64,000 bases of DNA. It comes from a virus. Below are positions 1 to 11,300 of the stretch, one piece after another. The notes under the pieces were generated by a model, which saw nothing but the letters and a program-made list of their open reading frames with translations, was not told the origin of the DNA and searched no databases. Location of the stretch: positions 86,249 through 150,248 of the IMG/VR virus record IMGVR_UViG_3300034101_003866; one strand, 5' to 3'. Every line of letters starts with the position of its first letter. The stretch's first letter is position 1. The position numbers and the translations under genes were made by a program.

Positions 1-1
1 T

Positions 2-235
2 AACAGTAGTGTTTCTAAGATTAGTAATAATCAGATTAATTTTATTGACGTTATGGCTCAAAGACTTAATATAAATGTGGTTAAGTTGTTTAATAATAAT
101 CAATTACCCACAGATAATGTCTATTCTGTTTCTCATGATGATGCTGTTAATATTATTAGATTGTTATCGAAGTATCAACAAAACATATCAGAGATTGCAG
201 AAGATATTATGGGATACTCTAGCGATTGGAAATAA
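2..235 (+). CDS. 3' end of a hypothetical protein, truncated by the window edge
   Basis: The frame of ORF 53..235 is open back to position 2 (NSSVSKISNNQINFIDVMAQ...), so the gene probably starts upstream of the window. Confidence 0.7.
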   Translation, partial: NSSVSKISNNQINFIDVMAQRLNINVVKLFNNNQLPTDNVYSVSHDDAVNIIRLLSKYQQNISEIAEDIMGYSSDWK

Positions 236-237
236 AT

Positions 238-573
238 ATGAAAGTTTTATACAGAGCGAGTGATAAGTTATCTTTTGAGCTTGAAGGATCTGGTCAAAAG
301 GAAATATTTAAAGAATTAGCACTAATTCAAGAAATTTTTGCTGAAGCGAAGTGCGGATTGTGTGGAAGCACTAATCTAAGATTTATAGTAAGGAATGTAG
401 AAGGAAATGACTACTATGAGATTAGGTGCATAGATTGTGGTGCTATATTAGCATTCGGTCAGCATAAGAAGGGCGGGACATTGTTTCCAAAAAGAAAAGA
501 TGATGATGGAAATAATCTTCCAAACAGAGGCTGGCATAAGTGGACAGCTAAAGATACTAAAGATAAGAACTAA
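238..573 (+). CDS. Small Zn-ribbon protein of unknown function
   Basis: CGLC...CIDC pair; ATG at 238 follows the previous stop and a GGA (track start is 226). Confidence 0.75.
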   Translation: MKVLYRASDKLSFELEGSGQKEIFKELALIQEIFAEAKCGLCGSTNLRFIVRNVEGNDYYEIRCIDCGAILAFGQHKKGGTLFPKRKDDDGNNLPNRGWHKWTAKDTKDKN

Positions 574-589
574 TTATTCTCTTAATTTT

Positions 590-627
590 CGACAACCCTG
601 CGTTTATATCGGGCGCAGGCGTTGTCG
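590..627. terminator. GC-rich hairpin between convergent genes, probable (bidirectional) terminator
   Basis: cgacaac-cctgcg-ttt-atatc-ggg-cgcagg-c-gttgtcg inverted repeat in the 58-nt gap between convergent stop codons; U-tracts are weak. Confidence 0.65.
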
Positions 628-631
628 TTAA

Positions 632-3600
632 TTATTCATATTCGTATGGTATCATTTCCCACGGAAAATAACTAGCAGCAACATCTGACTTATTTTCTAT
701 TTTGTCAACACTGCCAAAAAATGACCTGAATATCATTTCATTTTGTAGTTTAAAAAAGTCCGGCAATGTTGTTGGCTCAAGACTAAATGTTGCAGGATTC
801 CTTTGTAGTGCCACCCAAACATACAGACTATTATTTATATTACCTACTTGAGCATTAACTAAATCTGTTTCGTATGGAACTGGGGGACTTGTAAAACTAG
901 CTGGTCTAAAATCAGACTTTGATCCATATCTATATACTGTGGATAAAATATCAACTCCTCTTAACATTCTAGGTATTCTTTTTACCATCACAGATATATT
1001 ATTTGCATTGTCTAGATTCACGATATTACAAACTCTGGTTGGTTTTCCTATTCTAGTATTGTCTAATGTCATCATGCCTTTTCCTCCTGGACTTCCAATA
1101 TTCGTTTGACAACTACCAATTCCCGGCAAATCTAAAGTATCACCAGAATTATCATTGCCTTGATTTTCATTTGTTAATGGTACTGCATATAGTTCTGTTG
1201 ATTCTATTGTTATCTCAGCACCTGGACCAAGGATATTATCCATGGTTTGATCACCATTAATATTAAAATATCTTAGTTTAGTCAAAGTTTTCCATCCTGT
1301 AATAGCAGGATACTGTCTCTGGAATGCGGTTTTTTGTTGATCAATAGCATTACTATTTATTGTATATGTAAACTCATCAACATTAGATGTCACATTCTCT
1401 GTCGCACCAAAATCAAATTTTATTGTTTGATTAGGTTTAGTTGTAAAGTATGGACATATATTGTTATCTATATAGGGACTAGCAACACCCAGAACGGGAT
1501 TAGCTTCTGTGCATTTATATTTTGTTGAAATTAATACTTTTGGATTGCTGTCAAAATCTTGAAAACACGACTGCTTACTGTCAATATTAATCCAGTAATG
1601 ATCTTTATTAGCCTCTCTGTAATAAATATAAATTGGACCAGACTGTTCTCCTTCATTTGCTCCTCGCCAATCAATTCCAGATAATACTGGTTCAATTTTT
1701 GGTAGTACGTGCGGAGATATTCTTCTAGGGTCCGTTATTGGTAGTGATGATTTTAATTTATAGTTAGAGTAATCCGATCTGTTTAATTGGTATGTGGTAT
1801 TATTTGCAGGAATATCAAAGACTGCTTGTTCGTCTAATAATTGTATTATTGAATTTTTTTCTTCTAATAAGTCTTTAATGGTTTTATATGTTCTAGTTTT
1901 ATTGCATGCTAACACTAACGGCTGATTAGCGATGTCACAGTTGATGGGATCGTCTTCTAGTTTGTCGTAGTGTTTTTGCAAATATTTTAATTTAGAAGAA
2001 TTTAATATTGTTGACGTTGATCCTGGAACACCAACCGCTCCTTCAAGCGCAGTGTCTACTCCTGTGCTCTCAATAGTAGATAATCTGGAAGTAAGCCAAC
2101 TAAACTCATTACTAGTAATAGATCTCATTGGTTTATATTCATAATACTTATTCTCTATCTCTAACTCACCAGTACTTATTCCTGAAGTTAATGGATTTAG
2201 TCCATCATCTGTTCGTATGATTGAAAAATTACTTGGTATATCATTATATGAAGATGAGAACTCTATATTTTTAACTATCACATCATGATTAGTGGTATCA
2301 TCGGTATCGGATTTAATATAATAATAATCCTTATTTTCTTTTTCTTTTCTAAAGATTGGAGTTAAAACATTCAAATCTTCTTTAGAATATGAGAAGCCAT
2401 AGCTAGAATTAGAAACAAAACCAGTATTTTCTACCCCACTTACAAAGATTTTTATCTTGTTATGCTTTATCTTATCGTTATTTCTATTATTAAAAATATC
2501 ATTAATTTCTTGTAATTGATTATTATGTATGTTATTTGACAATATATTTTTATTAACAAACAAAGACATGTCGCCATAAGATCCAACTGAATGAGTTGTT
2601 GGAGCAATATCTGTTATATTATTGAATACGTTTTTATTAATATAATCTGATCCCCATATATTGTATTTTTTACTTGTCTTATCTATAATCGTTGTTTCGT
2701 CTTTATATGTTAAGAAAATATTCATTGTATTAGGAACAGACATTAGGTTGTATCCAGAAACACTATTCTCAAATACCAGTAAAGAATAGTATTTATTATT
2801 TTTATAAATTAATCCCTTTTTACTTATTGTTGCATTAGTTGAGGAGACTCCAGAACAACTAACTATATCTCCCTTTTTAAATATGTCATAAGGTATTTTG
2901 CCTTTGACTAGCACAGCCTTATTGTCTGATAAATCGGTACTAGATAAAGAATTAGAAGATCCTAAAATAGCATTATGCTGTAAATAATGGTTTGCTTTAG
3001 ATAGTGCTGAAGGATCTAGTTTCAGATTTGTCCAAGTTTCATTATTTCTTGCAATACATATTTGCGATGGATTTTCACATTCATTTCCTGTAAATGCAAC
3101 CCTAACTATATCTCCTTCGTTGATGAATGAGTCCGATATAGCAGCGGGCAGAGGTGAACTTGGTAAATTTGATTCACAGCTTAAATTTATTTGTTTAATA
3201 AAATTTTGATCAATTAAGTCTTCAATAGAATTAACAAGATCAAATGAGAAATCTCCTAATCCATCTACCCCTCCAGATAATTTTATAAACTTGTATCTAT
3301 CTGGTTTTAGTATTGGGGTGTTATGATATTTAAAAATACTAGCTTCAGCAGTATACCATAAAGAGTTAGGCTTTTTAAAGTTTATTAATATTTTTTCTGG
3401 TGACCCAAATGGGTATTTTGCATAACTGGGAAAATAAATCTGTCTTCCTTGATTTGTTAAATTTTCAGCAAATCGAACTTCTTTAAAATAATCAAAAATA
3501 GCATTATAGCCAGGACTATTTACCGCGCCCTCAAGACCAGCTAAAGCGCCAACTAAAGTTCCCCCAGTAGTTGCTCCATAACCAGCTAGAGCAGTCATAA

Positions 3601-6600
3601 TTTGTATTATAGCATAATATGGGAATACTGGTGGCCTAACCATAACCCCCTGACCTGTTGGATCATCCTGGGATGTTAAACACGTTGTTGAGTCAGATAT
3701 GCAGGAGTAGGGAGCATTATAATTAGCTATTGGAAGTAAGTGTTTTTGATCTGTCAGATCCGTTATAAAACTGTATGATGGATATGATGGATCTTTTTTA
3801 TAGTCAAATAATGACAAAGCATCATTATTACCATAAGAGGCTAAACTGGGATTGGTATTTGGTACTGGATCTCTAACAGAACCAACATGAAGTATCAATT
3901 CCCAATTGCATAATGAATTATATAATAAATGTGATTTTGTATTAGTTTCTGTACTCTCTAATCCCGACAAATACTGATTATTTATTGTTGAATCTAAAAC
4001 ATTCATATCGTCTTCTTCATCAAGAACCATAATATTCAGAGTAAATGTGGTTTTTCCATCAAAATCCCCATCTCTTTGTTTTGGCGAGCCCTCTAAACAC
4101 GGCCCAGATTCTGGAGCTAGATTTTTAAAAAGTAATTCTGAAACGAACTTACTAAAACTATTGTTACTAATATTTAATTTATTATGTTTTATAATAGAAG
4201 AATATTCACAACACTCTCTATCAGAATATCCTGTTGCGGCTACAGTTGGCAATAATTCATCATTTGATCTTATGATATTTTGCATTTTAGAAACTTGACT
4301 TGTCATATAAGAATACTGTCCACTTGGATGATAATATCCAGAACCTAACAGATTCATATCACAAGGAGTATTATGCTTTGAAGCGTGATCTGAGAATTTC
4401 ACACTAAAATTATACTTATTATTTTGTATTGTTTCTTGGTTTAATAAAACCAGTTTAAATGAGCTAGGTGATGCTCCTGATGGACTATTGATTCCAACTA
4501 AATCTTTCAGATAATTTTCAATCTTTGCATTATTAAGAGATCCTGTGATTCTATTCTGGTTTGTCGAATAATTTCCAAAAAATATCCTAGGATCGAATGT
4601 TTGATCTAAAAATTCTGAAGTGCTTTTGAGTGGGGATGGTGGAGGATTGGCCATGGAACGAAATCTAGGAACGCCTTCAGCATCACAGTAATCAACATCT
4701 AGCCAAACAACCATATTTTTGGTATTAACATAATTTAAAAAGTTTAATTTAACCTCAATATCTTTTATTCCAAATCCATTTACTCTTGGAATTCTAAATT
4801 GCATTCGTCCATCTGGTAATTGAATTTTTTCTGGCAAAGAATGAGGTCCGGTAACAGCAAATGAATAAGAAAAATTAGTTTGACCCTGATCGGTTAAAAA
4901 CTCGTCGTTAGCTATTGGATAATTATTTGTGGCTGTTGGTTCTATGCCTTTTGGTTCTCCACCAGAAAGTATTCTGTATCCATGATTACTAGAATTATTA
5001 ACACTTGTGATTTTTGTATCTATATAATTTTTATGTTTTTGATTATTATTATATAATTCAATATCCTGCCCCGGCCTTATATCTGCACAAGAACATAACA
5101 TATCCCACTGAATTTCTTTTGCTATTCCTAATGTTATTGAACTGGAAAAAGTTTTTGATTGTATTGTGCTATTCTCAATATTTATTGGTCCAGATCGTAA
5201 TCTTGTTATTTGTGGGCCTAAGAAACTAAAAGAGTCTCTTGCTCCAGGATTAAACTTTAATACTGATCCTCTATTTGCATGTATGGAATACTCATTTCCT
5301 CCAGAATATGGTATCCATCCACTATTTGGATGAAAAGCCCCTTTAGTAAATGGCATTATTAAACCGGTGCCACTTACCATTACTGCTTTTTGATAGCATA
5401 ATTTATATGTTGATGTATCCGGAAAATTACGATAGTTTAATGGAAAACCGGTTACAACAGGTAGATTTGTTGATGCTCCTTGTCCAGCAACTATTCCTTT
5501 ATCATTAATTGAGACCTGTGGTTTGGTGAGTCCATTAATATCTACTCCTATGGAATCTATGAATTTTTTACTATATCCTCCATAGGCTTTAACTTTTGGT
5601 GCTTTTTTTGTACTAATCACTGGGAAATTAAAAATACCACTATCTCTAATACATTTTGCTAAATTTCTTGTAGTATCCCACTCGTATGCTCTTAGCTGAA
5701 ATGCTTCAGGATCCTTATTGGTTCTTGTGGTTTTATTAAAGTCATAATTTTTTGTGTCTACAATATTTCCATTGCTATCTGAGGTAGAAATTTTAGCATG
5801 ACTTTTATAACTTCTAATTTTTGGAAAATATAAGCTCAAACATTGAGAACATTCGTCTTGATCTGTTCTAATTTTTTCTAGCCAGACCGAATGCAATTTT
5901 ACTATTGTATTATTAGTTTCAAATATCAAAGTTAGTGGACATGTATCTTTATGTGTATAATTTGCACTATAGCTAAAAATATAATCTTTAGATAATGAAT
6001 ATACATCGTCTTGGCTTGCTGAGCCAAATGTTCCTATAAATTCTCTAACAGAAAAATCTGTTTTTATCGGATAAATCACCCCATGATAATTACTAATTGC
6101 TATTTTGTTTATCTTTGATATGTTTGATTTTACTAGATCTTTATCAAGAATTAATGGAATATTTTCATTCGCAATGTACGATGGAGTAACCGACGGTGGA
6201 TATACCCAAGATATGTTTTTACTATCCCAATATTTACCATAAGAAATAGCATTTTCTTTCATAGCCCCACCCTGACCAATCACTAACTGTCTACCATCAA
6301 CAATGTATACGGTTTTTTGTTTTTTAAATGTCCCAAACGGACTAGATATTGTGCATTGAAAAGTATATTTACCAGTATAATTTGCATAGAATGTAACCTC
6401 ATTAGAGGTTCCAGACAATAGTTCATTTTTACCAAAAGTTCCCTGCGGACCTTCTAATTGTTCCCAAAAGAAAGAATTTTGACCATTAATATAATTTGTT
6501 AAAAGAAGTATGGAGCCCTCATCATAAGATTTCTCTATTTCTGCTATCTCCAAAGCAACCAATTGTATACCAGATTCTTGCAGTTGGGTACAATGTGGTC

Positions 6601-8359
6601 TGGTTGGTTCGTACTGTAGATTAACATCGTCGCCATCATTTACAACAGTAGAATAAATATAATCATATATCACTTGATTATTAGCATCAAGATCCTGGTT
6701 AGCGGGATCATTATAATTATTATTATCTGATCGATAAAATCTAGGAACATCTCCTTTATATTCCATTCTGGGAATAAATAATGTTTTAAGATCCTGTGTG
6801 ATATCTCTAAAACGAGGTTTTCCAACGTCATATAGTGGTATAGTTGTTTTCTTTGTATTATCGACCAATACGTCTATATTTGCATTAAACTCATTTAGTT
6901 TTGTTTGTATCGTTGTATTATCAAAAATAATTCTTTGATTATTATACACTGAGGTATTTTTTAAAGATTTATTACAATAATTGTCTAGAACTTGTGTTAT
7001 TGCAATACCTTTATTATCAAATTTTAACACATCAGTCTTTGCAGAGATGGACGAGGTTCCTGATAGTTTAAGGTGTGCCCCATATTTTGATATTAATTTA
7101 TAAAATAGTTGTGAATTATCATTAATTAAATTATTATTAAGGGTTATTGGAGAAAATTTAGTATCTAAATACAAAGATCGATTATTCCTATCATTAGTTG
7201 TATTCTGTAAAAATCTACTAATATCTATTAATAGATTCTTTAAATTTAATATCTCAGTATTGATATCAGAAAAAGATTCATTAAGCTTATTTTGTATAAG
7301 ATTCTTTATCTCTGTAGAATCTAGCGCCTCAATAGAGAAGTCATCAATGAATGGACTAGTACTTAGTGCATGGGCTATTCTCTTATAAAATCGGGATGTT
7401 TTTAAATTCTTATTACTAAAAGATCTTTTTTCATCAAGTGTTAATATTCTATATATTGATGAATATTTCTGATAAAGAGCGGATGAAACATATGATCTAC
7501 ATGGTATATTATATGTTAATGAAGAAGCTCTTTCAGTATCACTATTATGAAAGAAAAAACAGTCCCCATCAGGAACCCATAGTATTGGATTCGTATCCAT
7601 CCTATGTAAAGAAGACGTATTATTATATACATTTTCTGACTTATACATATCAGCTATTTTAAATAATGGATTAGTGCCTAAAGAGCTAAGTTCCACAATA
7701 GTTTTTCCTAATTCCTCATCGAAGACATAGCTACCATTAGTAAGCGTTTTACTCTGCTGATTAACCGAATATAATCTAGCATTATTTATTTTAATATAAA
7801 TATTATTAGTATCTCCACTTTTAACCAATCTTGATCCATTTGGGAAATATGTTAATGGTTGCTCTTTGCCTCCGTGAATATTAGAATTATTAGTTATGTC
7901 CTTTAGTCTAAACCAACAAAGAATTCCATAATATACAGAGTAAGGAGTATTCTGTCCATTTAAAAACCAGTCAATACACATTTTAGCATTACTAGTTGTC
8001 CAGCTTTTAAAGTTTGGGGTGAAAGAGAAAAAACTCTCAATACCTAATTGCCCACTAGTTAATAAAGGATTGCTATTATAACAGCTACCGTGAGATGACA
8101 ATAGTTTATTATCAACATATGTATCAGAATTAATAATTAATGGCTGCCATACATCTAATACATCATCAAGAATGGAACCTGCCTGAGCTTGTTGTATCAG
8201 AGCATCAAGAGATGGTGAACGAATTAGCCCTCCTCCAGTATTATCATTATAGGTTAATGCCCCATTGGAGTTGACCGTGTACGGCAATAAGTCATCCAAT
8301 AATGAATGCTTAATAATATTACAATTGCTACTTTTATCTATAATCCTTGAACTAAACAT
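632..8359 (-). CDS. 2575-aa putative tail-tip/baseplate structural protein with a PKD/K319-like Ig domain and a probable split P-domain-like jelly roll
   Basis: Last gene of the tail operon; FFWEQLEGP...VTFYANYTGKYTFQCTIS (about 6296-6476) resembles PKD/K319 repeats; IKDIEVKLNF...MVVWL and WELILHV resemble proprotein convertase P-domain strands. Confidence 0.6.
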   Translation of the reverse strand: MFSSRIIDKSSNCNIIKHSLLDDLLPYTVNSNGALTYNDNTGGGLIRSPSLDALIQQAQAGSILDDVLDVWQPLIINSDTYVDNKLLSSHGSCYNSNPLLTSGQLGIESFFSFTPNFKSWTTSNAKMCIDWFLNGQNTPYSVYYGILCWFRLKDITNNSNIHGGKEQPLTYFPNGSRLVKSGDTNNIYIKINNARLYSVNQQSKTLTNGSYVFDEELGKTIVELSSLGTNPLFKIADMYKSENVYNNTSSLHRMDTNPILWVPDGDCFFFHNSDTERASSLTYNIPCRSYVSSALYQKYSSIYRILTLDEKRSFSNKNLKTSRFYKRIAHALSTSPFIDDFSIEALDSTEIKNLIQNKLNESFSDINTEILNLKNLLIDISRFLQNTTNDRNNRSLYLDTKFSPITLNNNLINDNSQLFYKLISKYGAHLKLSGTSSISAKTDVLKFDNKGIAITQVLDNYCNKSLKNTSVYNNQRIIFDNTTIQTKLNEFNANIDVLVDNTKKTTIPLYDVGKPRFRDITQDLKTLFIPRMEYKGDVPRFYRSDNNNYNDPANQDLDANNQVIYDYIYSTVVNDGDDVNLQYEPTRPHCTQLQESGIQLVALEIAEIEKSYDEGSILLLTNYINGQNSFFWEQLEGPQGTFGKNELLSGTSNEVTFYANYTGKYTFQCTISSPFGTFKKQKTVYIVDGRQLVIGQGGAMKENAISYGKYWDSKNISWVYPPSVTPSYIANENIPLILDKDLVKSNISKINKIAISNYHGVIYPIKTDFSVREFIGTFGSASQDDVYSLSKDYIFSYSANYTHKDTCPLTLIFETNNTIVKLHSVWLEKIRTDQDECSQCLSLYFPKIRSYKSHAKISTSDSNGNIVDTKNYDFNKTTRTNKDPEAFQLRAYEWDTTRNLAKCIRDSGIFNFPVISTKKAPKVKAYGGYSKKFIDSIGVDINGLTKPQVSINDKGIVAGQGASTNLPVVTGFPLNYRNFPDTSTYKLCYQKAVMVSGTGLIMPFTKGAFHPNSGWIPYSGGNEYSIHANRGSVLKFNPGARDSFSFLGPQITRLRSGPINIENSTIQSKTFSSSITLGIAKEIQWDMLCSCADIRPGQDIELYNNNQKHKNYIDTKITSVNNSSNHGYRILSGGEPKGIEPTATNNYPIANDEFLTDQGQTNFSYSFAVTGPHSLPEKIQLPDGRMQFRIPRVNGFGIKDIEVKLNFLNYVNTKNMVVWLDVDYCDAEGVPRFRSMANPPPSPLKSTSEFLDQTFDPRIFFGNYSTNQNRITGSLNNAKIENYLKDLVGINSPSGASPSSFKLVLLNQETIQNNKYNFSVKFSDHASKHNTPCDMNLLGSGYYHPSGQYSYMTSQVSKMQNIIRSNDELLPTVAATGYSDRECCEYSSIIKHNKLNISNNSFSKFVSELLFKNLAPESGPCLEGSPKQRDGDFDGKTTFTLNIMVLDEEDDMNVLDSTINNQYLSGLESTETNTKSHLLYNSLCNWELILHVGSVRDPVPNTNPSLASYGNNDALSLFDYKKDPSYPSYSFITDLTDQKHLLPIANYNAPYSCISDSTTCLTSQDDPTGQGVMVRPPVFPYYAIIQIMTALAGYGATTGGTLVGALAGLEGAVNSPGYNAIFDYFKEVRFAENLTNQGRQIYFPSYAKYPFGSPEKILINFKKPNSLWYTAEASIFKYHNTPILKPDRYKFIKLSGGVDGLGDFSFDLVNSIEDLIDQNFIKQINLSCESNLPSSPLPAAISDSFINEGDIVRVAFTGNECENPSQICIARNNETWTNLKLDPSALSKANHYLQHNAILGSSNSLSSTDLSDNKAVLVKGKIPYDIFKKGDIVSCSGVSSTNATISKKGLIYKNNKYYSLLVFENSVSGYNLMSVPNTMNIFLTYKDETTIIDKTSKKYNIWGSDYINKNVFNNITDIAPTTHSVGSYGDMSLFVNKNILSNNIHNNQLQEINDIFNNRNNDKIKHNKIKIFVSGVENTGFVSNSSYGFSYSKEDLNVLTPIFRKEKENKDYYYIKSDTDDTTNHDVIVKNIEFSSSYNDIPSNFSIIRTDDGLNPLTSGISTGELEIENKYYEYKPMRSITSNEFSWLTSRLSTIESTGVDTALEGAVGVPGSTSTILNSSKLKYLQKHYDKLEDDPINCDIANQPLVLACNKTRTYKTIKDLLEEKNSIIQLLDEQAVFDIPANNTTYQLNRSDYSNYKLKSSLPITDPRRISPHVLPKIEPVLSGIDWRGANEGEQSGPIYIYYREANKDHYWINIDSKQSCFQDFDSNPKVLISTKYKCTEANPVLGVASPYIDNNICPYFTTKPNQTIKFDFGATENVTSNVDEFTYTINSNAIDQQKTAFQRQYPAITGWKTLTKLRYFNINGDQTMDNILGPGAEITIESTELYAVPLTNENQGNDNSGDTLDLPGIGSCQTNIGSPGGKGMMTLDNTRIGKPTRVCNIVNLDNANNISVMVKRIPRMLRGVDILSTVYRYGSKSDFRPASFTSPPVPYETDLVNAQVGNINNSLYVWVALQRNPATFSLEPTTLPDFFKLQNEMIFRSFFGSVDKIENKSDVAASYFPWEMIPYEYE

Positions 8360-11300
8360 TATTTAATTGCCGTTAGTGTCCACTTTCCATTTAAGAATGT
8401 AAATATAGCTATAACATTAGTTGTTACTGTGAATCCTAGAGGATTATCAAAATTAACGGTCATTGTTGGAACAACTCCTGATCGTCTGCCTTGTACATAA
8501 TGCATATCTATTAGGGCTTGAGTTGCACTAGTAGTCTTGCCTTTAACAACTAGAGACGGTTTGCTGACTGGTTCATAAAAGCCCGTCTTTTTATTGTATC
8601 TGCAAAGCAATTTTGTTCCTCGTGGAGCACAGTATCCTGTTTTATCTTTAATATATATTAATCTTCTATACCCCTGTCGTAAAGGCTCGCTGCTAAATTC
8701 AATATCGTCAATATAACCTCTTGTAACATATGTCTCATCAAAATCTGGTTGTTTAATCAGATCTTCTTCAAGAGTAGCATATATCATTCTATAAATATAC
8801 TTCTTTTTTGCTTTTTTGTCTAAAAAGCTTTTTAATGTGGTTATATCATTAGAGTTAGTAAGAATATAAGGAGGATCAATCTCTTCTCCTCCGCCACCAC
8901 CAGCCCAAACCATTCTGTCTTGATCCCAAATTAGATCAATAGGACCAACTTTCCATAAGTCAGGACGTTCTGCCCAATTTAGATAAAAATCATTTAATTT
9001 AACTTTTTCTGACCATTTACCTGTAAATTTTTGAGTTTTACTAATTATACTTCCTTTAAATCCCTGAGTATAATCAATTGGATTTCCAGCTGTTGGGGTA
9101 GGTCCAGGATCGTATCCGCCATCAACATCCATATTGTCTTCTATCTTAATAGGAGTAACATCACTATTATTTATTGCTGTTGTACTAAGTGATGACCATG
9201 ATGATGGTAAATTCTCATAATTAAAAGTTTTAGCAAAAACATTAGTATTTCCAGATATGGTAAATAGTTCGCCAACAGATAATGAGCTATATTTTTTAGC
9301 AGCCCCGCTATTGGTTAATTTAAGTTTAAACCTTTTTGGTCTGCCAAAATTATCATATGCTAATGGCTCATCAGCAGCATTAGGAACAGGATAACCATCA
9401 GCATCATATCCCCAAGCGTGTAGTGTTAATGGTCCTCGTAATCCAAAAAATCTTTGGTTGTTTTCATGCAACATATTAAGCGTATCTTGAGCTTGGGATC
9501 TAATATTATATAAAGCTTCATCAGTAGGATAATAGTCTAAATTATTAGATGGAACACCAGCTGGATGATTAGTATGAGCCCTTAGATTTCTACTAGTTTC
9601 AAGCTTGTATCCTGCTTGATTTTGTGGAACTGATCCTCTTGCCACAATTTCTATGCAATGTCTCAGTCTGTCTCTGAAAATTCTACCCCCAGTAGTTAAA
9701 CCTCCTATATCGTCGTGTGCCCCGTCTGGATGAGCACCAGTATAGTTTTGAGAGTTAGAATTTTTAAATTCTCCATATGGAACTACTATAGGATTTAATG
9801 TAATTAAATTAATTGGAATATCTTCATCTGTTACTATCTTAGCATTTAGTTTTTCACCAGCATTACCGCACTTATCACATGTTATCTTTGTTGCTACTTC
9901 TGTTCTGGTTCCGGTTTTATCATACTGTACAACACTTATATCTCTAACCTTTGTGCCTCTACAAAATGGACAATTTAAAGTGTTATGTAAAGAATATGAG
10001 AATGTTGAGTTCTTAAAGGTTGGATAAAAAGATACTGGAGATAATATTCCATCCAAACTCATTGCTGACTGCATTCCATAGTCTTTTGATAATTGATTTT
10101 CAAGCTCTTTTCTTTGGAATAGTTGTACAGTAGAGGTCACTCTTGCAATAGACTTTAAGGAAGATATTGATGATGCTGTTTCTAGTGTGCTACTTGATGG
10201 TTGGCCAACGTCTGAACTAGGAACAAGAGCCCAGTTGGTTGCTTTCGATGTTCGTGTATCAAAAGCTCCGGGACTACTAGATATGGAAAAATCATCAATT
10301 ACTTTCGGAGTTCTTGATGGCTCATTAATAAGAGGGGAAGCCTGACCAACTAATACTGTGCTAGGACTCCAACTAAATAGTTTTGAAGAAAGGTCTGAAC
10401 TTCCAAATTGGGCATTGTTTAATCTCTCTTGTAATATTAGATCTCTTTCTTTATTTTTTAAATTAGTAATTTCCTGAGAAATTTGCGCAATCTGTTTTCC
10501 TCTTTTTAGATTTAACCTATTAGCTCTTTTTATTCTGTCTGTTTCTTCTTTGTTAAACAATCCTAATTTTCTGGTATAAGTTCTGAATGAATATGTTGTA
10601 GATATACCCTGTTGTCCAACACTTGTTTGTATAGAGGTTATAATTGGACCATCAACAAAGTATGGTGGAGTTTTTAAGTCTAATACTTTGTATATTGCAG
10701 TAACGGTGTTTTCTGTATTAGGAGAAAAAGATATAGTTGCTCCTGGAATATATGATAAATCCACAACAGAAGCTACGGAGTCTTTAACGTCTTTGTAACC
10801 ATAACCAGATGGCGATATAATATGCAATCCTGTATTGGCTAATGCAAAATTACCACCTATATTAAATAATGGAAGTCCTGGCATATCTAATTGAGCAGTT
10901 TCTATAACGCTCTGGTAGTTTACTTTTGTTTGTATCTCTTTAAAAGCAACAATATCTAACTGATGCATTCCTCCATAATTCCAAGGAACAAAATCATCAT
11001 TAAATTCTATATTAACATTTGATATTAAATTGTTTAATGCTTTATCAACTTCTTCTTGCGTGGTTGCGCGACTTGAATATGTGCAAGTTAATGGGAATGT
11101 TGATGATTGAGTAACAAGCTGACCAGATGGGAAAATACCAGTACCCTCTAGTGCTGGATAATTAGTCCATGGACCATAAACAAATTGGTTTGATTTTATT
11201 GGAATACCAGCAAAAAAAGGATGGGCAGCTTTTGGTGCTAGCTCAACATTATTTGCAGTATGATTAGACGATACGGTATATAGTCCAAGAAAATATGGAT

